64,000 bases of DNA from Candidatus Multivorans sp. (GCA_965247095.1 OZ251997.1:2752001-2816000); one strand, 5' to 3'. Numbered from the stretch's first letter, positions 37,068 through 47,627 are shown. Numbers and translations are program-made. Notes: a model not told the origin generated them from the letters alone.

Positions 37068-39674
37068 ATGCGGAGTGTTCCTCTCAAAAGAGTTCTCCTG
37101 GCTGTGTGCGCCGTCGTTGTCGCCTGCGCGCCGCCGCCGGGTGACGACTATCTGGACGCGGATCTGAGATTGCGGGTGGAGGCGCTCAAGGTGGAGGTCG
37201 AAGCGGCGCCGGCGACCCGGGAGAACGCGGTGCAGCGCGCCCGAGTGTTCTGGGAGTGGTTGAACGCCTACGCGCTCACCGGTCGAACCCTGCCCATGGA
37301 CAGCACCACAACGGTGATGCGGGTCATGAGCCGGAACGAGCTCGGCCGGGGCATCTCGCCAGCAATCCTCAGGACTCTCGACGACAAGATCCACGAACTG
37401 GCGATTCGCGACGCGCGCCCGGACGCCATCGGCGACGTTACGGCCAAGGCCGACGAGCTATTGGTCGCCGGCAGTTGGGCGCAACTCGAACAGACCTATA
37501 CCGTCGGCTCGATGGGGATGGCCACCGGAGGCTCGTTCCTTCTCGGCGCCCAGATCATGGCCGACCAGGCGTCGATGCAGCACGAGGATCCTGCGGCGGA
37601 CAACTACGTTTCGGTCCGTTCGTCGAACGCCGATGCACGTTGGGAGAAGCCCCGCATTCCTCTGTCGGGGAAGCACGGCGGCTTCAAGGACGAAGCGGAG
37701 ATGGTGGTCTTCCGGCTCGCGGAAGCCACGCTCGAGCACGGCGACACGGTGACCTTCACCTACGGTGACAGGTCGCAGGGCTCCTCGGGCCTGAGGTTGC
37801 AGACGCTGACGACCGAGAAGCTGGTGCTGCCGATCTACGTCGACCTTGTGGGCGCCGGGGTCTTCTTTACGCCTCGCTGGCCGCATCACGAGATCGTCGG
37901 CCGGAACGAGGTCGAGTCGTTGGCGGTCTTCGCTCCCTCCGTGGTCGCGGCGAGCGAGGAGATCGACTTGGTGGTGCGCAGCGAGGACCGGCACTTCAAC
38001 CGCTCGCGCGGTGTCACCGTTCAGGAATACGAAGTGTTTCTAGACGGTGAGGCCGTCGCCACGGTACCCGCGGGTTCGGAGTCGGTGGCCGGCGTCGAAG
38101 GCTTGTCCGTGAGCAGCCCGAGGGTCGCCCGCTTCGTCGTCCGTTCGGCGGACGGCCGGCTCGAAGCCCGGAGCAATCCGGTCTGGGTCGAGAGCGCCCC
38201 CGAACAGCGAATCTATTGGGGCGAGTTGCACGGCCACGCCGGCTTCGCGGAAGGTCAGGGCGGCGGCGAGCAGTTCTATCGCTACGCCCGCGACGACGCG
38301 CGGCTCGACTTCGTTGCCCTCACCGATCACGACTCGTCGATGGACGACTTCGAGTGGCGTTACGTGCAGGAGCTCAGCCGGGACTTCAACCGGGAAGGAG
38401 AGTTCCTCGCCATTCTCGGCTACGAGTGGAGCGCCACCCGGGATCTCGGAGGGCACCACAACGTCTTCTTCCGCTCCCGCGATCGTTCGCGGGTGCCGAA
38501 TCAGGAGGCGCCGACCCTGGCCGAGATGTACGAACGCCTGCGGAGCGAGAACCAGCCGTCCGAGGTGCTGGTCATTCCGCATGCCCACCAGGCTGGCGAC
38601 TGGAATCAGAGTCCCGCGGATCTCCAGCCGCTGGTGGAGATCATGTCTCAGCACGGGACCTTCGAGTGGTTCGGCAACCGGTACCTGCAGAACGGTTTCG
38701 AGGTCGGCTTCATCTCGGCCTCGGACGATCATCGCGCCAAGCCGGGCTACAACCCCGGGCTCTTCTTCTCTCCCCACGTTCAGGGCCCCGGCCTGGCGGC
38801 GGCCGTGGCGCCGTCAAAGACCACTGACGCGGTCTTCGACGCTCTACGCTCACGCCGCGCATACGCCACTTCGGGCCAGAGAATCCTGCTCTCGGCCACC
38901 CTGAACGGCGAGCCCATGGGAACCCGGCAGCCGTACACAGAGCGGCGCGAGTTCTCTTGCCGGGTATCGGGTACTTCTCCCATCGACCGCATCGACCTGA
39001 TCAAGAACGGGCGCGTCCTGCGCAGCCGCAGCTACCTGTCGGCGCCGCTCGAATCGAGTGCCTGGGTGCAGATCGGGTTCGAGTCGTCTTCGGAGGTCTT
39101 CGCTCCCGACCGCGACAATCCACGCGTCTACAGAGTCTGGTCGGGCGTACTCGAGGTGGCGGGCGCCCGGCTTCTCGGCGTTGAGTCTCCGGGTCTGAAG
39201 AACCCCTATCTCGAGTGGGCCGAGATCGACCCGGAGCAGCCGCAGCGGGTGCGCTTCTACACCGAGACCCGCGGCCGGATGAACACGCTCTTGCTTCGTC
39301 TGAGCGGCGCCAGCAGCTCAACGCGGGTCACGCTGCATCTGGATGCGGCGCGGGAGAACGGCTTTGCGCCGCCACTGGTTCGGGCGCCGGTGGACATTCC
39401 CGCCGCCGAAGTGGCGTTCCAACTCGACGATCTCGAGAACAGCCGCATCGAGCACGTGCTGCCGGTCGGCCGCCATCTCGATCGTCTCAGCCTGCAGGTG
39501 ATCGACGCGGATGCCGCCCTCGACCGGGAGTTCGACTTCGTCGATCTCGGGTCGACTGCACCGGGCGACTACTACTACTTCCGAGTGACACAGCTCGACG
39601 GTGGTCAGGCATGGTCGAGCCCCTTCTGGGTCGGCCGCCGCGATGCCGGCGACGGCGTGACAGCGGGCGGTTAG
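37068..39674 (+). CDS. large PHP-fold (DUF3604-like) metallohydrolase lipoprotein, paralog 2
   Basis: Lipobox VVAC; WGELHGHA, LDFVALTDHD, GYEWS, GGHHNVFF, IPHAH, ASDDHR, AWSSPFW. Confidence 0.8.
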   Translation: MRSVPLKRVLLAVCAVVVACAPPPGDDYLDADLRLRVEALKVEVEAAPATRENAVQRARVFWEWLNAYALTGRTLPMDSTTTVMRVMSRNELGRGISPAILRTLDDKIHELAIRDARPDAIGDVTAKADELLVAGSWAQLEQTYTVGSMGMATGGSFLLGAQIMADQASMQHEDPAADNYVSVRSSNADARWEKPRIPLSGKHGGFKDEAEMVVFRLAEATLEHGDTVTFTYGDRSQGSSGLRLQTLTTEKLVLPIYVDLVGAGVFFTPRWPHHEIVGRNEVESLAVFAPSVVAASEEIDLVVRSEDRHFNRSRGVTVQEYEVFLDGEAVATVPAGSESVAGVEGLSVSSPRVARFVVRSADGRLEARSNPVWVESAPEQRIYWGELHGHAGFAEGQGGGEQFYRYARDDARLDFVALTDHDSSMDDFEWRYVQELSRDFNREGEFLAILGYEWSATRDLGGHHNVFFRSRDRSRVPNQEAPTLAEMYERLRSENQPSEVLVIPHAHQAGDWNQSPADLQPLVEIMSQHGTFEWFGNRYLQNGFEVGFISASDDHRAKPGYNPGLFFSPHVQGPGLAAAVAPSKTTDAVFDALRSRRAYATSGQRILLSATLNGEPMGTRQPYTERREFSCRVSGTSPIDRIDLIKNGRVLRSRSYLSAPLESSAWVQIGFESSSEVFAPDRDNPRVYRVWSGVLEVAGARLLGVESPGLKNPYLEWAEIDPEQPQRVRFYTETRGRMNTLLLRLSGASSSTRVTLHLDAARENGFAPPLVRAPVDIPAAEVAFQLDDLENSRIEHVLPVGRHLDRLSLQVIDADAALDREFDFVDLGSTAPGDYYYFRVTQLDGGQAWSSPFWVGRRDAGDGVTAGG

Positions 39675-39708
39675 GCGAGGATCGCGAGGCGTTGCGGGCG
39701 GAGAACGG

Positions 39709-41289
39709 ATGTCGCTGAAGGAGTCCTACTGGCCGGCCGATACCAGCCAGCCGGTTCTCGACTGGACCGTCGGAAGACTCTTGGTCGAGGCTGCAGCGGC
39801 GGCCCCCGAAGGAATCGCCCTGGTGGAGGGCGTCCCCGACCGCGAGTCGCGCCGCCGCTGGACGTTCGCGCAACTGCACGCCTGTGCCGAGCGCGTCGCG
39901 CGCCGGCTTCTGCGGTACTTCGAGCCGGGGGAGCGGCTTGCGGTCTGGGCGCCAAACCTGCCGGAGTGGGTGCTGGTCGAACTCGGCGCCGCCCTTGCCG
40001 GGCTCACCCTCGTGACCGTCAACCCCGCCTACCGCGGCAGCGAACTCGAGTACGTCCTCGGCCAGTCGCGCGCCGCCGGTCTGTTCCTGGTGCGCGACCA
40101 TCGCGGCAACTCGATGGCCGCTTCGCTGGACGAGGTGCGCCCGCGGTTGGAACGCCTCAGGCACGTCTTCTTCTTCGAGGAGTGGGACGATTTCATGGGC
40201 GGCGCACCGGGCGACCGCGAGCTACCTCAGGTGAGCCCCGAGGCGCCGGTCCAGATTCAGTACACCTCGGGCACCACCGGCGTTCCCAAGGGCGCGTTGC
40301 TGCACCACCGCGGCATGGTCAACAACGCCCGATTCGTCGCGCAGCGCGGCCGGCTGGGCAAGGTGTGGGTGAACGCGGTACCGCTGTTCCACTCGAGCGG
40401 CGGCGGCCTGGCGATCTTCGGCCCGCTGTTTACGAAGGCGACGGTGGTTCTGGTCGAGCAGTTCGATCCGGGCCTGATCCTGGAGTTGATCGAGAGCGAG
40501 CGGGTGACCTTCCTTCCCGGCGTGCCGACGATGCTGATCAGGATCATCGAGCATCCCGACTTCGAGCGCCGCGACCTCTCGTCGCTGACCAGCGTGTGCT
40601 CGGGCGGCACCTCCGTGCCACCCGAGTTGGTGCGCCGCATCGAGGACTCGCTGGGGGTCAGCTTTTCGATCTCCTACGGTCAGACCGAAGCTTCGCCGGG
40701 AGTGACGCAGAACCATCCGGACGACAGCGTCGAAGACAAGGCGGCGACGGCCGGGCCGCCGCTGCCTCAGACCGAGGTCAAGATCGTCGATTGCGACAGC
40801 GGCAACGTCCTTCCTGTCGGCGAGGCGGGCGAGATCTGCACCCGCGGCTACCTGGTCATGCACGGCTACTTCGAGATGCCGGAGGCGACGGCGGCCGCGA
40901 TCGACGACCAGGGGTGGTTGCACACCGGCGACATCGGATCGATGGACGAGCGCGGCTACTGCAGAATTCGCGGGCGGCTGAAGGAGATGATCATCCGCGG
41001 CGGCGAGAACATCTACCCCAAGGAGATCGAGGATGTGCTCCTCGAACGCCCCGACATCGCCGAGGCGGCGGTGATCGGCGTTCCCGATCCGAAGTGGGGC
41101 GAGCAGGTGGCGGCGGTAATTCGACTGGCCGGGGACGAGCGCCCCAGTGAGGAAGATCTCTTCGACTACGTGAGGGAACGCCTGGCGCCCTACAAGACGC
41201 CGAAGTTGTGGCGCTTCATCGACGAGTTTCCGCTCAACGCCTCGGGCAAGATCCTCAAGACGGATCTGGCCGCGACCCTGTCCTTGTAG
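39709..41289 (+). CDS. acyl-CoA synthetase (AMP-binding)
   Basis: YTSGTTGVPKG, YGQTE, WLHTGD, GRLKEMIIRGGENIYP, SGKILK. Confidence 0.92.
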   Translation: MSLKESYWPADTSQPVLDWTVGRLLVEAAAAAPEGIALVEGVPDRESRRRWTFAQLHACAERVARRLLRYFEPGERLAVWAPNLPEWVLVELGAALAGLTLVTVNPAYRGSELEYVLGQSRAAGLFLVRDHRGNSMAASLDEVRPRLERLRHVFFFEEWDDFMGGAPGDRELPQVSPEAPVQIQYTSGTTGVPKGALLHHRGMVNNARFVAQRGRLGKVWVNAVPLFHSSGGGLAIFGPLFTKATVVLVEQFDPGLILELIESERVTFLPGVPTMLIRIIEHPDFERRDLSSLTSVCSGGTSVPPELVRRIEDSLGVSFSISYGQTEASPGVTQNHPDDSVEDKAATAGPPLPQTEVKIVDCDSGNVLPVGEAGEICTRGYLVMHGYFEMPEATAAAIDDQGWLHTGDIGSMDERGYCRIRGRLKEMIIRGGENIYPKEIEDVLLERPDIAEAAVIGVPDPKWGEQVAAVIRLAGDERPSEEDLFDYVRERLAPYKTPKLWRFIDEFPLNASGKILKTDLAATLSL

Positions 41290-42868
41290 CGGCCAGCGCG
41301 GCCTCGGCCGGCCCCACGTGAGCGCGCGCCCGCCAGAGGAAGGCCACCGAGACCGTCCAGAACAGCATGCTGATCATCATCGCGTAGCGCAGGGAGTCGG
41401 CAGGCGACTGGCCGGCCGCGGCCAGGACATCGCTGATCTTGCCGACCGCGAACGGCCCGAGCGCGAAACCGATCAGAGTGTTCAGCAGCAGATAGACCGC
41501 CGACGCCGTCGAGCGCATTCTCGGCGGCACGAGTTCGTTGGCCGCGGCTGCTCCGGGACCGATCCACAGAGATACGAAGGCGACGGTCAGGAGAAAGTAG
41601 ATGAAGGCCGCCGTGAGGCTGGCGGCGGTGAGCATGAGAATCATCGCCGGCACGGACAGGACGACAGTAGCCAGACCGAGAATGACCCGGCCGTTCGGTG
41701 TCCTCTGCTTCAGGCGATCGGACACCAGGCCGCCGGCAGTGACGCCAATCCAGCCGCCGACCGCGACGCCGATGCCCATCAACGCCCCCACCCGGGTCGG
41801 ACTGGCGTCGAAGCTGCGGATCAAGAGCGGCGCTGTCCAGAACGCGAGGCCGTTGGTGACGAAGGACAGGCTGGCGAAGCCCACACTGCTGTACATGAAG
41901 GCGCGGTTGCCAAGAATGCAGCCGAAAGTGGTGGGGTCGCGATAGGCCAGTCCCTGACCCCAGGAGAAGGCGGCGTAGATGCCGATGGCCAGGGCGATCC
42001 ACTGGGCCGGCTCGCCCACCGAGGCGACCATCGCCCATGCCACCAAGGCCAGCGCGGCGGCACAGCCGGCGTGGATCAGCAGCCCCTTCCGGTCACACCC
42101 GGATCGCCACAGACTGATGACCGTGAAGGGCGGTATGACGGCCCCGAACTCCTGGAGCGGCTGCGGACGACCCACGGTTTCGACCGCAACTCCCTCCTGC
42201 TGGCCCTTGGCGGGCTCTCGCAGGGTCCACACCCAGAGGGCCATGATCAGCCCCGGGATACCGACCGCGAGGAAGGCGGCTTGCCAGGCGGCGAGCCCCA
42301 GCGGCGCCGATCCGTCGGGGTACCTGCCGCTCCAGAAATCGACGATCCAGCCGCCGAGGGCGAAGCCGGTGGCGGCGCCGAGATAGATACCGCCGGAGTA
42401 GAGAGCCAGGGCCGTGGCTCGCAATCTCTGAGGAAAGTAGTCGACGATCAACGAGTACGCCGACGGACTGAGGCTGGCTTCTCCGACGCCGACTCCGACG
42501 CGGTACGTGCCCAGCATCGCGAAGCTCCGGGCAGTGCCTGTCAGGGCAGTCATCAGGCTCCAGAAGAAGAGCCCGATGGCGATCAGGTTCTTGCGGATCC
42601 AGGCATCGCCCAGACGACCGAAGGGGATGCCGAAGACGGCGTAGAACACCGCGAAGGCGGTGCCGTAGAGAAAGCCGATCTGGGCGTCCGTGAGACCCAG
42701 ATCGCGCTTCACGTCCTCGGCGAGAATCGAGAGGATGTTGCGATCGACGTAGTTGAAGAGATAGCAGAGGACGAGAACGGCGAGGACGTACCAGGAGTAA
42801 CCGCTGAACGCCCGCCTCTCGCGAGAAGTCGAACGCTTCGGCTCGGCGCCGTTCCCGCTCTCGTGCAT
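41255..42868 (-). CDS. MFS transporter, spinster-like
   Basis: FNYVDRNILSIL, LTDAQIGFL..FAVFY, GRLGDAWIRK, RVGVGVGEA. Confidence 0.88.
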   Translation of the reverse strand: MHESGNGAEPKRSTSRERRAFSGYSWYVLAVLVLCYLFNYVDRNILSILAEDVKRDLGLTDAQIGFLYGTAFAVFYAVFGIPFGRLGDAWIRKNLIAIGLFFWSLMTALTGTARSFAMLGTYRVGVGVGEASLSPSAYSLIVDYFPQRLRATALALYSGGIYLGAATGFALGGWIVDFWSGRYPDGSAPLGLAAWQAAFLAVGIPGLIMALWVWTLREPAKGQQEGVAVETVGRPQPLQEFGAVIPPFTVISLWRSGCDRKGLLIHAGCAAALALVAWAMVASVGEPAQWIALAIGIYAAFSWGQGLAYRDPTTFGCILGNRAFMYSSVGFASLSFVTNGLAFWTAPLLIRSFDASPTRVGALMGIGVAVGGWIGVTAGGLVSDRLKQRTPNGRVILGLATVVLSVPAMILMLTAASLTAAFIYFLLTVAFVSLWIGPGAAAANELVPPRMRSTASAVYLLLNTLIGFALGPFAVGKISDVLAAAGQSPADSLRYAMMISMLFWTVSVAFLWRARAHVGPAEAALAATRTGSRPDPS

Positions 42869-42875
42869 GGCGGCG

Positions 42876-43364
42876 CTAACTCGCGTCTTCTGCTGTCGAT
42901 GGCATGAAGAGAACCAGGGGCCGGGCGACGAAGACGAGGCGATCCTCCCCGGCCAGGCGTACACGCACTTCCCGCGCCAGCAGGGTTCCGCGGCCTTTTT
43001 TCTGAACGTCGACCAACCGGACGCTGGCCTGCAAGTGGGCGCCGGCCGGCACCGGGGCGAGGAAACGAACCCGGTCGATGCCGTAGTTCGTCGAATTGCC
43101 GAATCCCGTGACCCGGAAGTCGGCGCCGTCCGGGAGGTTGGCGAACAGGCTCAGGGTGAGCATGCCGTGGGCGATAGGCCGTCCGAAGGGACTCTCGCGG
43201 CGCGACCGCTCGACATCGACGTGGATCCAGTTGTGGTCTCCCGAGAGTTCGGCGAACGCGTCGATCATCGCCTGCTTCACTTCAAGGGAGTCGCTCCAGG
43301 GGCCGAACTCCTCGCTGATCTCGCCGCGGAGGGCGTCGATGTCGTCGAAGCGGATCGTCCTCAT
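42876..43364 (-). CDS. MaoC-family (R)-hydratase
   Basis: FAELSGDHNWIHVD...PFGRPIAHGMLTLS, NYGIDRVRF. Confidence 0.88.
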   Translation of the reverse strand: MRTIRFDDIDALRGEISEEFGPWSDSLEVKQAMIDAFAELSGDHNWIHVDVERSRRESPFGRPIAHGMLTLSLFANLPDGADFRVTGFGNSTNYGIDRVRFLAPVPAGAHLQASVRLVDVQKKGRGTLLAREVRVRLAGEDRLVFVARPLVLFMPSTAEDAS

Positions 43365-46021
43365 GGGCGGGCGCCGGCGGCGGACTGCGAGGCGGCGGTT
43401 CTCCTGCCTACCCAGAACGGGCTCGACCAGGCCTGACCGCCGTCGAGCTGGGTGACGCGTACGTAGTAGTAGTCGCCGGGCGCTGCCGGTCCCATGTCCA
43501 GGTACTCGAACTCGCGGTCGAGCGGGGCGTCCGGCTCGACGACTTGCAGGGTCACGCGGTCGATGTGCTCGCCGAACGGAACTTCGCGTTCGAGTCGGTT
43601 GTCCCGAAGGCCGGCGAGCCGGAGCTCGATGCTGGCGCCGGGAATGTCCATCGCCGGCCGCTCGTGTCCCTGGCCTATGCCGTACTCGCGGGTGGGTTCG
43701 AGCTCGATCTCGAGCGTGGTCGATGCGGTGGCGCCGGCGAGTCCCAGCAGAACGGTGTCGCTGCGGCCGCGGGTGCGAATGTCGAAGCGAAACACACCGG
43801 CGTCTTCGGTCTCGATCCAGTCGAGTACCCGGTTGTCGAGGCCTACCGGGACCACGTCCAGAACCCGCGCTCCGCGCACCCGCAGCGTGCCGCGCCAGAC
43901 GCGGAAGGGGCGTGGGTTGTCGACCGCGTCCAGTGTGAAGACCTCGGAGGAGGACTCGAAGCCGAGTTGAAGCCAGGACCGGTCGCTAAGCGGCGCCGAC
44001 AGGTAGCTGCGGCTGAAGGCGACTTCGCCGTTCTTGATCACTTCCATGCGGTCGATGGGGGAGGTGCCGGATACCCGGGCCACGATGCGGCGCTGTTCGG
44101 CCTGCGGCTGGCGGACCCCCATCGGATAACCGTTCAGCTCGGCGTCGAGCAGGATGCGCTGACCGGAGACGGCGTAGACCGAGCGCTCGCGGAGGGCGTC
44201 GAAAATGGCGTCGGGCGTCTTCTCGGCGGCGCTGACCGCGGCGAGGCCGGGAACTCCGATCAAGGAAGCCTGGAAGTGACCCTGGGGAGCTCCGGGCTTG
44301 GCGCGATGGTCGTCGGAGGCGGCCAGGAAGCCGACTTCGAAGCCGTTCTTCAGGAACATGTTGCCGAACCACTCGAAGGTGCCGTGCTCGCTGTAGATCT
44401 CGACGACGCGCTCCAGCTCGCCGTCGCTCTGCGTCCAGTCTCCCGCGGAGTGCGCGTGCGGGATGACCAGGACGTCAGCCGGGTCGTTGGCGGCGCGAAG
44501 CCCCTCCCACAGCAGCGGCAGCCGATGCGCTTCCTGGACCGGCACCCGCTCGCGGTCGGGGCTGCGGAAGAGCACGTTGTGGTGGCCGCCGCGTTTGCGG
44601 GTCGGGGTCCATTCGTAGCCCAGGAAGGCGATCGCCCGGCCCGCCTCCGTGGTGCGGCGGCTGAACTCCTGCAACTGTTGCCACTCGTAGTCGTCGAGCC
44701 AGAAGTCATGCTCCGAGAGGGTCAGGAAGTCGAGGCGCGCGTCCTCTACACCGTAGCGGAAGTACCCCGCAGGCGATCCCTGGCCCTCGGCGAAGCCGGT
44801 GTGGCCGTGGGTTTCTCCCCACAGGATCCTGCGCTCGGGCTCGGCTTCGACCCAGATCGGGTTGCTCGTGGCCTCAAGCGTGCCGTCGGTCGAACGGACC
44901 ACGAAGCGGTAGGTCCCGGGCTCCTGGATCGTCAGCCCGCCGGCGATGGCGACGGCGCTTTCGGGCGCCGCGACCTCAGCCACCACTTCGCCGTTCAGGA
45001 GGATCTCGTAGCCGGGCAGTGGGCCGCTGGCGCGGTTCAGGCCGGCGTCCTCGCTGCGAACCGTCAGGTCGAAGGTCTCCCCGGCCGCGACCACCGACGG
45101 CGCCAGCACTCTCACGCCCGCCACAGCGCCGCCGATCACCGTCAGACTCGGCCACTCGGGAGTCAGCCAGCTGCCGTTGCCCTGAAGATCGATGTAGAGC
45201 GGTAGCAGCAGGGCGTCGGTTTCGAAGGCCTGGACTCCGATTCCGGCCGAGCCGCCGGATCGATCGCCGTACGTGACGGTGATCGTGTCGCCGGGCTCGA
45301 GGGGGGCGCCGACAAGGCGGAAGGCCGGCGTCGGTTTCGGGAAGCGCTGCGAACCGTGCGGCCCCACGAGGGGAACCATGACCGCTTCGAGCCAAGCCTC
45401 GGGCTTTGAGGTTCGGGCAGTGAGGTAGTTGGGGCCTGCCGGATCCTGGTTCTGGAAGTCGTTCGTGTCGGCCAGCCACTGGCGTCCGGCCAGCACGCCG
45501 CCGCCGATCTGCATCGGCATGTTGCCGACCTCATAGACGAGCTCGACGGTCGCCTTCGAACCAGCCAACAGCGGCTCGTCGGGCACCACTCTCAGACTGC
45601 CGAGAGCGTGAGGGTCTTCGTCCTTGATCAGCAGCTCTTCGAGATAGCGATCAATGTACGGAACGTAGTCCTCGACGGTGTTCAACTCGACATCGGCGAC
45701 CAGGCGTACGTCCGGGGGCGAGCCGTCGGCCTCAGCCCAGCGCATGATCGCGGTATCGAGAGCGAAGTTCACCGGCAGAGGACCTCCGGTCAGGGCGTAC
45801 GCGTTCGCCCATTCCCAGAGGATGTCGACACGCTCGTAGACGTTGGCCGAACTGGTCGGCGCCGCCGCGCGGTCGATCTTCAGTTGTTCAACCTTTGCGC
45901 GGAGGTCGGGCGAGAGGTAGTCGCCGCCGACCGTGGGGGCGGCCTCACAGCCCAGCAAGAGGACGGCGACCAACCCGGCCTGCAAGGGGGCCGAGATCCG
46001 GAAGCTTCGGCGTTGGTTCAT
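43361..46021 (-). CDS. large PHP-fold (DUF3604-like) metallohydrolase lipoprotein, paralog 3
   Basis: Lipobox LLGC; WGETHGHT, LDFLTLSEHD, GYEWT, GGHHNVLF, IPHAH, ASDDHR, AWSSPFW. Start placed at ATG 46021. Confidence 0.8.
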   Translation of the reverse strand: MNQRRSFRISAPLQAGLVAVLLLGCEAAPTVGGDYLSPDLRAKVEQLKIDRAAAPTSSANVYERVDILWEWANAYALTGGPLPVNFALDTAIMRWAEADGSPPDVRLVADVELNTVEDYVPYIDRYLEELLIKDEDPHALGSLRVVPDEPLLAGSKATVELVYEVGNMPMQIGGGVLAGRQWLADTNDFQNQDPAGPNYLTARTSKPEAWLEAVMVPLVGPHGSQRFPKPTPAFRLVGAPLEPGDTITVTYGDRSGGSAGIGVQAFETDALLLPLYIDLQGNGSWLTPEWPSLTVIGGAVAGVRVLAPSVVAAGETFDLTVRSEDAGLNRASGPLPGYEILLNGEVVAEVAAPESAVAIAGGLTIQEPGTYRFVVRSTDGTLEATSNPIWVEAEPERRILWGETHGHTGFAEGQGSPAGYFRYGVEDARLDFLTLSEHDFWLDDYEWQQLQEFSRRTTEAGRAIAFLGYEWTPTRKRGGHHNVLFRSPDRERVPVQEAHRLPLLWEGLRAANDPADVLVIPHAHSAGDWTQSDGELERVVEIYSEHGTFEWFGNMFLKNGFEVGFLAASDDHRAKPGAPQGHFQASLIGVPGLAAVSAAEKTPDAIFDALRERSVYAVSGQRILLDAELNGYPMGVRQPQAEQRRIVARVSGTSPIDRMEVIKNGEVAFSRSYLSAPLSDRSWLQLGFESSSEVFTLDAVDNPRPFRVWRGTLRVRGARVLDVVPVGLDNRVLDWIETEDAGVFRFDIRTRGRSDTVLLGLAGATASTTLEIELEPTREYGIGQGHERPAMDIPGASIELRLAGLRDNRLEREVPFGEHIDRVTLQVVEPDAPLDREFEYLDMGPAAPGDYYYVRVTQLDGGQAWSSPFWVGRRTAASQSAAGARP

Positions 46022-46067
46022 GAGTGGGCATAGTCTAGGAGACTGCATCGGAAAAGGGGGATAGGAG

Positions 46068-47570
46068 ATGTTCCGATCGACGCGACGCGAGTTCCTCACG
46101 GGTTCACTGGCGACCGGAGTTCTGTCCGCGGCCTACGGGTGTCGCCCGTCGGACCCGGCGACGCAGGCGCCTTCGCGGCCCAACATCCTGTTCCTGTTCC
46201 CCGACCAGCATCGTTGGGATTGGATGCCCGGGAACCCGGCTGTCCCTGTGCCGATGCCCCATCTCGAGGCGCTGGCGGCACGGGGGCTGACGTTGGAGCG
46301 GGCCTACTGCGCGGCCCCGGTCTGCGGGCCTTCGCGCGCCTGCCTGGCATTCGGACGCGAGTACGACGATTGCGGTGTGCCGACGAACAGACAGAGCCTG
46401 CCCCTGGACCGGACGACGTTCTACCGCCGGCTTCGGGACGGCGGCTACCACATGATCGGCTGCGGCAAGCTGGACCTGGCTTCGGGCGCGCTATTCGAGA
46501 TTATCGAGAACTCCGGGGCGCCCGGGGCGCCGCTTGGGCTGGGCCTCGACGGGCGTCGCTTCGCGGAACAGTGGGGCTTCAGCGACGCGATCAACAACGC
46601 CGGCAAGGGCGCCGGTGCGATGATCTACAGCGCACAGCCGCTGGGCGCCAAGGATCCGTACTATGCCTATCTCGACGCGCTCGACCCGGGTCAGGGGCTG
46701 ATCTGCGCCGAGGACATGCTCGAGCGGCGGACTCCGGAGAAGGTGGAGCAGTGGGGGAAGACCCGCGTCTCACCGCTTGCCGACGCGGACTACTGCGACA
46801 ACTGGATCGGTCGCAACGGCATGTCGCTGCTCGACGCCGTTCCGGCCGGCGAGCCGTGGTTCATGGCTGTCAACTTCGCCGGCCCCCACCCGCCGATGGA
46901 CATCACCGCGCGCATGGAGCGCCTCTACAGGGGGCCGGATCGCGTGATCGACGACTTCCCGCAGCCGCACGGTTACGACGGCCCGTGGGACGCGGACCAT
47001 CACATCCGCATTCGCCAGAACTACGCCGCGATGATCGAGAACATCGACCGCTGGATCGGCCTGTTCGTCGAGCGCCTTCAGCAGCGCGGCGAACTCGAGA
47101 ACACGATCGTCGTCTACTCGAGCGACCACGGCGAGATGCTGGGCGACCGCTCGCGCTGGGGCAAGCAGTTGCCCTTCGAGGCTTCGGCGGCGGTACCCCT
47201 GGTGATCGCCGGACCCGGCGTGGCGCCGGGCCGGCGAACCCGCGCCATGGTCAGCCTGATCGATCTCACGGCTACGTTTCTCGACCTCGGCGGCGTCGGC
47301 GTTCCAGAGGACATGGACGGTATCTCGCTGCGTGGGCTCCTTGCCGGGGAGACTGACCGGCATCGAGAGTACGTGCTGTCGGGCCTCTACGACTGGAGGA
47401 TGGTCTACGACGGCCGCTACAAGCTGATTGTGGGCTTCGAGGGCGCGAACCGGCGCCTCTACGATCTCCAGGAAGATCCCCGGGAAGAGGTCGATCTGAG
47501 CGCCGATCATCCACGCCGTTGCGGCGAGCTGGAGGCCATGATGCGCCAGGGCAGCTACCGGGTCGGCTAA
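46068..47570 (+). CDS. formylglycine-type sulfatase, Tat lipoprotein
   Basis: TRREFL plus lipobox AYGC; PNILFLFPDQH; C-x-P-x-R (VCGPSRA); SSDHGEMLGD. Confidence 0.9.
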   Translation: MFRSTRREFLTGSLATGVLSAAYGCRPSDPATQAPSRPNILFLFPDQHRWDWMPGNPAVPVPMPHLEALAARGLTLERAYCAAPVCGPSRACLAFGREYDDCGVPTNRQSLPLDRTTFYRRLRDGGYHMIGCGKLDLASGALFEIIENSGAPGAPLGLGLDGRRFAEQWGFSDAINNAGKGAGAMIYSAQPLGAKDPYYAYLDALDPGQGLICAEDMLERRTPEKVEQWGKTRVSPLADADYCDNWIGRNGMSLLDAVPAGEPWFMAVNFAGPHPPMDITARMERLYRGPDRVIDDFPQPHGYDGPWDADHHIRIRQNYAAMIENIDRWIGLFVERLQQRGELENTIVVYSSDHGEMLGDRSRWGKQLPFEASAAVPLVIAGPGVAPGRRTRAMVSLIDLTATFLDLGGVGVPEDMDGISLRGLLAGETDRHREYVLSGLYDWRMVYDGRYKLIVGFEGANRRLYDLQEDPREEVDLSADHPRRCGELEAMMRQGSYRVG

Positions 47571-47627
47571 GAGCTTGTGCGGCAGAACGGGCCTCCTCCG
47601 TTCCTGGAATCTCCGCCCAATCAGCGT

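Noticed and set aside
41255-41289. 35-bp convergent overlap of the CoA ligase and MFS 3' ends as a regulatory feature
   Set aside because: Short tail-to-tail overlaps are common in GC-rich genomes; no further evidence.
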